A DNA stretch of 64,000 nucleotides, from assembly GCF_009914755.1 (NCBI RefSeq), contig NC_060941.1, one strand, 5' to 3'. The notes below the pieces were generated by a model. It saw nothing but the letters and a program-made list of their open reading frames with translations. It did not search any database and had not been told where the DNA came from. Source of the DNA: the human T2T-CHM13v2.0 reference genome, Homo sapiens. The position numbers and the translations under genes were made by a program. Within the stretch, counting starts at the first letter, position 1. Every line of letters begins with the position of its first letter. Below are positions 54,468-64,000 of this stretch, one piece after another.

Positions 54468-57400
54468 AGGCCTATGGTAGTAAAGGAAATAGCTTCATAT
54501 AAAAGCTAGACAGTAGCATTCACAGAAAACTCTTGGTGACGACTGAGTTTAACTCACAGAGCTGAACATTCCTTTGGATGGAGCAGTTTCGAAACACACT
54601 ATTTGTAGAATGTGCAAGTGGATATTTAGGCCTCTCTGAGGATTTCGTTGGAAACGGGATAAACCGCACAGAACTAAACAGAAGCATTCTCAGAACCTTC
54701 TTCGTGATGTTTGCATTCAACTCACAGTGTTGAACCTTTCTTTGATAGTTCAGGTTTGAAACGGTCTTTCTGTAGAAACTGCAAGTAGATATTTGGACCT
54801 CTCTGAGGATTTCGTTGGAAACGGGATAACCCGCACAGAACTAAAACAGAAGCATTCTCAGAACCCTCTTCGTGATGTTTGCATTCAACTCACAGTGCTG
54901 AACCTTTCTTTGATAGTTCAGCTTTGAAACACTCTTTTTGTAGAAACTGCAAGTGGATATTTGGTCCTCTCTGAGCATTTCGTTGGAAACGGGATAAACT
55001 GCACAGAACTAAACAGAAGCATTCTCAGAACCTTCTTCGTGATGTCTGCATTCAACTCACAGTGTGGAACCTTTCTTTGATAGTTCAGGTTTGAAACACT
55101 CTTTTTGTAGAAACTGCAAGGGGATAATTGCACTCTTTGAGGAGTACCGTAGTAAAGGAAATAACTTCCTATAAAAAGAAGACAGAAGCTTTCTCAGAAA
55201 ATTCTTTGGGATGATTGAGTTGAACTCACAGAGCTGAGCATTCCTTGCGATGTAGCAGTTTAGAAACACACTTTCTGCAGAATCTGCAAGTGCATATTTG
55301 GACCTCTGTGAGGAATTCGTTGGAAACGGGATAATTTCAGCTGACTAAACAGAAGCAGTCTCAGAATCTTCTTTGTGATGTTTGCATTCAAATCCCCGAG
55401 TTGAACTTTCCTTTCAAAGTTCACGTTTGAAACACTCTTTTTGCAGGATCTACAAGTGGATATTTGGACCACTCTGTGTCCTTCGTTCGAAACGGGTATA
55501 TCTTCACATGACATCTAGACAGAAGCATCCTCAGAAGCTTCTCTGTGATGACTGCATTCAACTCACGGAGTTGAACACTCCTTTTGAGAGCGCAGTTTTG
55601 AAACTCTCTTTCTGTGGCATCTGCAAGGGGACATGTAGACCTCTTTGAAGATTTCGTTGGAAACGGAATCATCTTCACATAAAAACTATACAGATGCATT
55701 CTCAGGAACTTTTTGGTGATGTTTGTATTCAACTCCCAGAGTTGAACTTTCCTTTGGAAAGAGCAGCTATGAAACACTGTTTTTCTAGAATCTGCAAGTG
55801 GACGTTTGGAGGGCTTTGTGGTTTGTGGTGGAAAAGGAAATATCTTCACCTAAATACTAGATAGAAGCATTCTCAGAAACTGCTTTGTGATGATTGCATT
55901 CACCTCACAGAGTTGAACATTCCTATTGATAGAGCAGTTTGGAAACACTCTTGTTGTGGAATGTGCAAGTGGAGATTTGGAGCGCTTTGAGGCCTATGGT
56001 AGTAAAGGGAATAGCTTCATAGAAAAACTAGACAGAAGCATTCTCAGAAAATACTTTGTGATGATTGAGTTTAACTCACAGAGCTGAACATTCCTTTGGA
56101 TGGAGCAGGTTTGAGACACACCTTTTGTAGAATCTACAAGTGGATATTTGGACCTCTCTGAGGATTTCGTTGGAAACGGGATAACTGCACCTAACTAAAC
56201 GGAAGCATTCTCAGAAACTTCTTGGTGATGTTTGCATTCAAATCCCAGAGTTGAACCTTCCTTTGATAGTTCAGGTTTGAAACACTCTTTTTGTAGGATC
56301 TGCAAGTGGATATTTGGACCACTCTGTGGCCTTCGTTCGAAACGGGTATATCTTCGCATAAAATCTAGACAGAAGCCTTCTCAGAAACTTCTCTGTGATG
56401 ATTGCATTCAACTCACAGAGTTGAACCCTCCTATGGATAGAGCAGTGTTGAAACTCTCTTTTTGTGGAATCTGCAAGTGGATATGTGGACCTCTCCGAAG
56501 ATGTCTTTGGAAACGGGAATATCTTCACATAAAAACTAAACAGAAGCATTCTCAGAAACTTCTCTGTGATGTTTGTGTTCAACTCCCAGAGTTTCACATT
56601 GCTTTTCATAGAGTAGTTCTGAAACATGCTTTTCGTAGTGTCTACAAGTGGACATTTGGAGCGCTTTCAGGCCTGTGGTGGAAAACGAATTATGGTCACA
56701 TAAAAACTGGAGAGAAGCATTGTCAGAAACTTCTTTGTGATGATTGCATTCAACTCACAGAGTTGAAGGTTCCTTTTCAAAGAGCAGTTTCCAATCACTC
56801 TTTGTGTGGAATCTGCAAGTGGATATTTGGACCTATTTTGAAGATTTCGTTGGAAACGGGAGAATCTTCACAGGAAAGCTAAACAGAAGCATTCTCAGAA
56901 ACTTCTTTGTGATGCTTGCATTCAACTCACAGAGTTGAACTTTCCTTTCGAGAGAGAAGCTTTGAAACACTCTTTTTCCAGAATCTGCAAGTGGACATTT
57001 GGAGGGCTTTGAGGCCTGTGGTGGAAAAGGAATTATCTTCCCGTAAAAGCTAGATAGAAGCATTCTCAGAAACTACTTTGTGATGATTGCATTCAAGTCA
57101 CAGAGTTGAACATTCCCTTTGACAGAGCAGTTTGGAAACTCTCTTTGTGTAGAATCTGCAAGTGGAGATATGGACCGCTTTGAGGCCTATGGTAGTAAAG
57201 GAAATAGCTTCATATAAAAGCTAGACAGTAGCATTCACAGAAAACTCTTGGTGACGACTGAGTTTAACTCACAGAGCTGAACATTCCTTTGGATGGAGCA
57301 GTTTCGAAACACACTATTTGTAGAATGTGCAAGTGGATATTTAGGCCTCTCTGAGGATTTCGTTGGAAACGGGATAAACCGCACAGAACTAAACAGAAGC

Positions 57401-60400
57401 ATTCTCAGAACCTTCTTCGTGATGTTTGCATTCAACTCACAGTGTTGAACCTTTCTTTGATAGTTCAGGTTTGAAACGGTCTTTCTGTAGAAACTGCAAG
57501 TAGATATTTGGACCTCTCTGAGGATTTCGTTGGAAACGGGATAACCCGCACAGAACTAAAACAGAAGCATTCTCAGAACCCTCTTCGTGATGTTTGCATT
57601 CAACTCACAGTGCTGAACCTTTCTTTGATAGTTCAGCTTTGAAACACTCTTTTTGTAGAAACTGCAAGTGGATATTTGGTCCTCTCTGAGCATTTCGTTG
57701 GAAACGGGATAAACTGCACAGAACTAAACAGAAGCATTCTCAGAACCTTCTTCGTGATGTCTGCATTCAACTCACAGTGTGGAACCTTTCTTTGATAGTT
57801 CAGGTTTGAAACACTCTTTTTGTAGAAACTGCAAGGGGATAATTGCACTCTTTGAGGAGTACCGTAGTAAAGGAAATAACTTCCTATAAAAAGAAGACAG
57901 AAGCTTTCTCAGAAAATTCTTTGGGATGATTGAGTTGAACTCACAGAGCTGAGCATTCCTTGCGATGTAGCAGTTTAGAAACACACTTTCTGCAGAATCT
58001 GCAAGTGCATATTTGGACCTCTGTGAGGAATTCGTTGGAAACGGGATAATTTCAGCTGACTAAACAGAAGCAGTCTCAGAATCTTCTTTGTGATGTTTGC
58101 ATTCAAATCCCCGAGTTGAACTTTCCTTTCAAAGTTCACGTTTGAAACACTCTTTTTGCAGGATCTACAAGTGGATATTTGGACCACTCTGTGTCCTTCG
58201 TTCGAAACGGGTATATCTTCACATGACATCTAGACAGAAGCATCCTCAGAAGCTTCTCTGTGATGACTGCATTCAACTCACGGAGTTGAACACTCCTTTT
58301 GAGAGCGCAGTTTTGAAACTCTCTTTCTGTGGCATCTGCAAGGGGACATGTAGTCCTCTTTGAAGATTTCGTTGGAAACGGAATCATCTTCACATAAAAA
58401 CTATACAGATGCATTCTCAGGAACTTTTTGGTGATGTTTGTATTCAACTCCCAGAGTTGAACTTTCCTTTGGAAAGAGCAGCTATGAAACACTCTTTTTC
58501 TAGAATCTGCAAGTGGACGTTTGGAGGGCTTTGTGGTTTGTGGTGGAAAAGGAAATATCTTCACCTAAATACTAGATAGAAGCATTCTCAGAAACTGCTT
58601 TGTGATGATTGCATTCACCTCACAGAGTTGAACATTCCTATTGATAGAGCAGTTTGGAAACACTCTTGTTGTGGAATGTGCAAGTGGAGATTTGGAGCGC
58701 TTTGAGGCCTATGGTAGTAAAGGGAATAGCTTCATAGAAAAACTAGACAGAAGCATTCTCAGAAAATACTTTGTGATGATTGAGTTTAACTCACAGAGCT
58801 GAACATTCCTTTGGATGGAGCAGGTTTGAGACACACCTTTTGTAGAATCTACAAGTGGATATTTGGACCTCTCTGAGGATTTCGTTGGAAACGGGATAAC
58901 TGCACCTAACTAAACGGAAGCATTCTCAGAAACTTCTTGGTGATGTTTGCATTCAAATCCCAGAGTTGAACCTTCCTTTGATAGTTCAGGTTTGAAACAC
59001 TCTTTTTGTAGGATCTGCAAGTGGATATTTGGACCACTCTGTGGCCTTCGTTCGAAACGGGTATATCTTCGCATAAAATCTAGACAGAAGCCTTCTCAGA
59101 AACTTCTCTGTGGTGATTGCATTCAACTCACAGAGTTGAACCCTCCTATGGATAGAGCAGTGTTGAAACTCTCTTTTTGTGGAATCTGCAAGTGGATATG
59201 TGGACCTCTCCGAAGATGTCTTTGGAAACGGGAATATCTTCACATAAAAACTAAACAGAAGCATTCTCAGAAACTTCTCTGTGATGTTTGTGTTCAACTC
59301 CCAGAGTTTCACATTGCTTTTCATAGAGTAGTTCTGAAACATGCTTTTCGTAGTGTCTACAAGTGGACATTTGGAGCGCTTTCAGGCCTGTGGTGGAAAA
59401 CGAATTATGGTCACATAAAAACTGGAGAGAAGCATTGTCAGAAACTTCTTTGTGATGATTGCATTCAACTCACAGAGTTGAAGGTTCCTTTTCAAAGAGC
59501 AGTTTCCAATCACTCTTTCTGTGGAATCTGCAAGTGGATATTTGGACCTATTTTGAAGATTTCGTTGGAAACGGGAGAATCTTCACAGGAAAGCTAAACA
59601 GAAGCATTCTCAGAAACTTCTTTGTGATGCTTGCATTCAACTCACAGAGTTGAACTTTCCTTTCGAGAGAGAAGCTTTGAAACACTCTTTTTCCAGAATC
59701 TGCAAGTGGACATTTGGAGGGCTTTGAGGCCTGTGGTGGAAAAGGAATTATCTTCCCGTAAAAGCTACATAGAAGCATTCTCAGAAACTACTTTGTGATG
59801 ATTGCATTCAAGTCACAGAGTTGAACATTCCCTTTGACAGAGCAGTTTGGAAACTCTCTTTGTGTAGAATCTGCAAGTGGAGATATGGACCGCTTTGAGG
59901 CCTATGGTAGTAAAGGAAATAGCTTCATATAAAAGCTAGACAGTAGCATTCACAGAAAACTCTTGGTGACGACTGAGTTTAACTCACAGAGCTGAACATT
60001 CCTTTGGATGGAGCAGTTTCGAAACACACTATTTGTAGAATGTGCAAGTGGATATTTGGGCCTCTCTGAGGATTTCGTTGGAAACGGGATAAACCGCACA
60101 GAACTAAACAGAAGCATTCTCAGAACCTTCTTCGTGATGTTTGCATTCAACTCACAGTGTTGAACCTTTCTTTGATAGTTCAGGTTTGAAACGGTCTTTC
60201 TGTAGAAACTGCAAGTAGATATTTGGACCTCTCTGAGGATTTCGTTGGAAACGGGATAACCCGCACAGAACTAAAACAGAAGCATTCTCAGAACCCTCTT
60301 CGTGATGTTTGCATTCAACTCACAGTGCTGAACCTTTCTTTGATAGTTCAGCTTTGAAACACTCTTTTTGTAGAAACTGCAAGTGGATATTTGGTCCTCT

Positions 60401-62612
60401 CTGAGGATTTCGTTGGAAACGGGATAAACTGCACAGAACTAAACAGAAGCATTCTCAGAACCTTCTTCGTGATGTCTGCATTCAACTCACAGTGTGGAAC
60501 CTTTCTTTGATAGTTCAGGTTTGAAACACTCTTTTTGTAGAAACTGCAAGGGGATAATTGCACTCTTTGAGGAGTACCGTAGTAAAGGAAATAACTTCCT
60601 ATAAAAAGAAGACAGAAGCTTTCTCAGAAAATTCTTTGGGATGATTGAGTTGAACTCACAGAGCTGAGCATTCCTTGCGATGTAGCAGTTTAGAAACACA
60701 CTTTCTGCAGAATCTGCAAGTGCATATTTGGACCTCTGTGAGGAATTCGTTGGAAACGGGATAATTTCAGCTGACTAAACAGAAGCAGTCTCAGAATCTT
60801 CTTTGTGATGTTTGCATTCAAATCCCCGAGTTGAACTTTCCTTTCAAAGTTCACGTTTGAAACACTCTTTTTGCAGGATCTACAAGTGGATATTTGGACC
60901 ACTCTGTGTCCTTCGTTCGAAACGGGTATATCTTCACATGACATCCAGACAGAAGCATCCTCAGAAGCTTCTCTGTGATGACTGCATTCAACTCACGGAG
61001 TTGAACACTCCTTTTGAGAGCGCAGTTTTGAAACTCTCTTTCTGTGGCATCTGCAAGGGGACATGTAGACCTCTTTGAAGATTTCGTTGGAAACGGAATC
61101 ATCTTCACATAAAAACTATACAGATGCATTCTCAGGAACTTTTTGGTGATGTTTGTATTCAACTCCCAGAGTTGAACTTTCCTTTGGAAAGAGCAGCTAT
61201 GAAACACTCTTTTTCTAGAATCTGCAAGTGGACGTTTGGAGGGCTTTGTGGTTTGTGGTGGAAAAGGAAATATCTTCACCTAAATACTAGATAGAAGCAT
61301 TCTCAGAAACTGCTTTGTGATGATTGCATTCACCTCACAGAGTTGAACATTCCTATTGATAGAGCAGTTTGGAAACACTCTTGTTGTGGAATGTGCAAGT
61401 GGAGATTTGGAGCGCTTTGAGGCCTATGGTAGTAAAGGGAATAGCTTCATAGAAAAACTAGACAGAAGCATTCTCAGTAAATACTTTGTGATGATTGAGT
61501 TTAACTCACAGAGCTGAACATTCCTTTGGATGGAGCAGGTTTGAGACACACCTTTTGTAGAATCTACAAGTGGATATTTGGACCTCTCTGAGGATTTCGT
61601 TGGAAACGGGATAACTGCACCTAACTAAACGGAAGCATTCTCAGAAACTTCTTGGTGATGTTTGCATTCAAATCCCAGAGTTGAACCTTCCTTTGATAGT
61701 TCAGGTTTGAAACACTCTTTTTGTAGGATCTGCAAGTGGATATTTGGACCACTCTGTGGCCTTCGTTCGAAACGGGTATATCTTCGCATAAAATCTAGAC
61801 AGAAGCCTTCTCAGAAACTTCTCTGTGATGATTGCATTCAACTCACAGAGTTGAACCCTCCTATGGATAGAGCAGTGTTGAAACTCTCTTTTTGTGGAAT
61901 CTGCAAGTGGATATGTGGACCTCTCCGAAGATGTCTTTGGAAACGGGAATATCTTCACAGAAAAACTAAACAGAAGCATTCTCAGAAACTTCTCTGTGAT
62001 GTTTGTGTTCAACTCCCAGAGTTTCACATTGCTTTTCATAGAGTAGTTCTGAAACATGCTTTTCGTAGTGTCTACAAGTGGACATTTGGAGCGCTTTCAG
62101 GCCTGTGGTGGAAAACGAATTATGGTCACATAAAAACTGGAGAGAAGCATTGTCAGAAACTTCTTTGTGATGATTGCATTCAACTCACAGAGTTGAAGGT
62201 TCCTTTTCAAAGAGCAGTTTCCAATCACTCTTTGTGTGGAATCTGCAAGTGGATATTTGGACCTATTTTGAAGATTTCGTTGGAAACGGGAGAATCTTCA
62301 CAGGAAAGCTAAACAGAAGCATTCTCAGAAACTTCTTTGTGATGCTTGCATTCAACTCACAGAGTTGAACTTTCCTTTCGAGAGAGAAGCTTTGAAACAC
62401 TCTTTTTCCAGAATCTGCAAGTGGACATTTGGAGGGCTTTGAGGCCTGTGGTGGAAAAGGAATTATCTTCCTGTAAAAGCTAGATAGAAGCATTCTCAGA
62501 AACTACTTTGTGATGATTGCATTCAAGTCACAGAGTTGAACATTCCCTTTGACAGAGCAGTTTGGAAACTCTCTTTGTGTAGAATCTGCAAGTGGAGATA
62601 TGGACCGCTTTG
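54468..62612 (+). repeat. Three canonical 2715-bp 16-mer HOR copies (copies 21-23)
   Basis: The 2715-bp period resumes (ORFs at 54520, 57235, 59950, 62665). Confidence 0.97.
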
Positions 62613-64000
62613 AGGCCTATGGTAGTAAAGGAAATAGCTTCATATAAAAGCTAGACAGTAGCATTCACAGAAAACTCTTGGTGACGACTGAGTTTAACTC
62701 ACAGAGCTGAACATTCCTTTGGATGGAGCAGTTTCGAAACACACTATTTGTAGAATGTGCAAGTGGATATTTGGGCCTCTCTGAGGATTTCGTTGGAAAC
62801 GGGATAAACCGCACAGAACTAAACAGAAGCATTCTCAGAACCTTCTTCGTGATGTTTGCATTCAACTCACAGTGTTGAACCTTTCTTTGATAGTTCAGGT
62901 TTGAAACGGTCTTTCTGTAGAAACTGCAAGTAGATATTTGGACCTCTCTGAGGATTTCGTTGGAAACGGGATAACCCGCACAGAACTAAAACAGAAGCAT
63001 TCTCAGAACCCTCTTCGTGATGTTTGCATTCAACTCACAGTGCTGAACCTTTCTTTGATAGTTCAGCTTTGAAACACTCTTTTTGTAGAAACTGCAAGTG
63101 GATATTTGGTCCTCTCTGAGGATTTCGTTGGAAACGGGATAAACTGCACAGAACTAAACAGAAGCATTCTCAGAACCTTCTTCGTGATGTCTGCATTCAA
63201 CTCACAGTGTGGAACCTTTCTTTGATAGTTCAGGTTTGAAACACTCTTTTTGTAGAAACTGCAAGGGGATAATTGCACTCTTTGAGGAGTACCGTAGTAA
63301 AGGAAATAACTTCCTATAAAAAGAAGACAGAAGCTTTCTCAGAAAATTCTTTGGGATGATTGAGTTGAACTCACAGAGCTGAGCATTCCTTGCGATGTAG
63401 CAGTTTAGAAACACACTTTCTGCAGAATCTGCAAGTGCATATTTGCACCTCTGTGAGGAATTCGTTGGAAACGGGATAATTTCAGCTGACTAAACAGAAG
63501 CAGTCTCAGAATCTTCTTTGTGATGTTTGCATTCAAATCCCCGAGTTGAACTTTCCTTTCAAAGTTCACGTTTGAAACACTCTTTTTGCAGGATCTACAA
63601 GTGGATATTTGGACCACTCTGTGTCCTTCGTTCGAAACGGGTATATCTTCACATGACATCCAGACAGAAGCATCCTCAGAAGCTTCTCTGTGATGACTGC
63701 ATTCAACTCACGGAGTTGAACACTCCTTTTGAGAGCGCAGTTTTGAAACTCTCTTTCTGTGGCATCTGCAAGGGGACATGTAGACCTCTTTGAAGATTTC
63801 GTTGGAAACGGAATCATCTTCACATAAAAACTATACAGATGCATTCTCAGGAACTTTTTGGTGATGTTTGTATTCAACTCCCAGAGTTGAACTTTCCTTT
63901 GGAAAGAGCAGCTATGAAACACTCTTTTTCTAGAATCTGCAAGTGGACGTTTGGAGGGCTTTGTGGTTTGTGGTGGAAAAGGAAATATCTTCACCTAAAT
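62613..64000 (+). repeat. Partial HOR copy 24, truncated by the window end
   Basis: Matches positions 1-1388 of the HOR unit. Confidence 0.97.

Larger units (their letters stand above)
1..64000 (+). repeat. D17Z1: Alpha-satellite higher-order repeat array, D17Z1-type (human chr17, SF3) 16-mer, 2715-bp period
   Basis: Monomers of about 171 bp carry alphoid motifs (CATTCTCAGAAAC, TGCATTCAACTCACAGAGTTGAAC, TTTCGTTGGAAACGGGA). Sequence and ORF track recur every 2715 bp. Monomer starts in copy 1 are 50, 218, 386, 553, 722, 889, 1059, 1230, 1401, 1572, 1739, 1909, 2080, 2251, 2423 and 2594 (16 monomers). One EcoRI site per unit (846-851). Alpha-satellite identity is essentially certain; the D17Z1 call rests on the known 2.7-kb EcoRI 16-mer organisation. 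Confidence 0.95.

Noticed and set aside
53-63994. All other 64-142-aa ORFs on both strands
   Set aside because: They overlap on both strands, recur with the repeat period and resemble no known protein family. Their gain or loss simply tracks single SNVs.
1-64000. Possible L1/Alu insertion, inversion or foreign sequence hidden in the array
   Set aside because: The period is constant apart from the +167-bp event, orientation never changes, and I saw no poly(A) tail, target-site duplication or non-alphoid segment.
1-64000. Alternative HOR assignment (DXZ1 12-mer, D11Z1 5-mer, D17Z1-B 14-mer)
   Set aside because: The 16-monomer, 2715-bp unit with a single EcoRI site and a triplicated monomer fits D17Z1 and not those unit sizes.

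Overview
The whole window is primate centromeric alpha-satellite DNA with no credible genes. It is a head-to-tail array of about 23.5 copies of a 2715-bp higher-order repeat (HOR) built from 16 monomers of 167-172 bp. Each HOR has one EcoRI site, a pentamer-derived substructure, three near-identical short monomers in tandem, 8 intact CENP-B boxes and 2 degenerate ones. This organisation matches human chromosome 17 D17Z1 (suprachromosomal family 3, p17H8-type 16-mer); the assignment is from recognition, not a database search. HOR copies are numbered 1-24, starting at 1+2715*k up to 51586, then at 54468, 57183, 59898 and 62613. All six-frame ORFs are by-products of the repeat. The informative signal is the variation between copies: (1) one 17-mer variant HOR made by an exact 167-bp duplication through an 18-bp homology, with two private SNVs beside it; (2) a 5430-bp two-HOR super-repeat; (3) a left-to-right switch between HOR haplotypes; (4) a CENP-B-box-breaking SNV in two adjacent copies; (5) a mosaic copy; and (6) a transversion-rich, CpG-poor variant spectrum. 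I found no evidence of a new protein-coding system. Variant calls were made by eye and may be incomplete.
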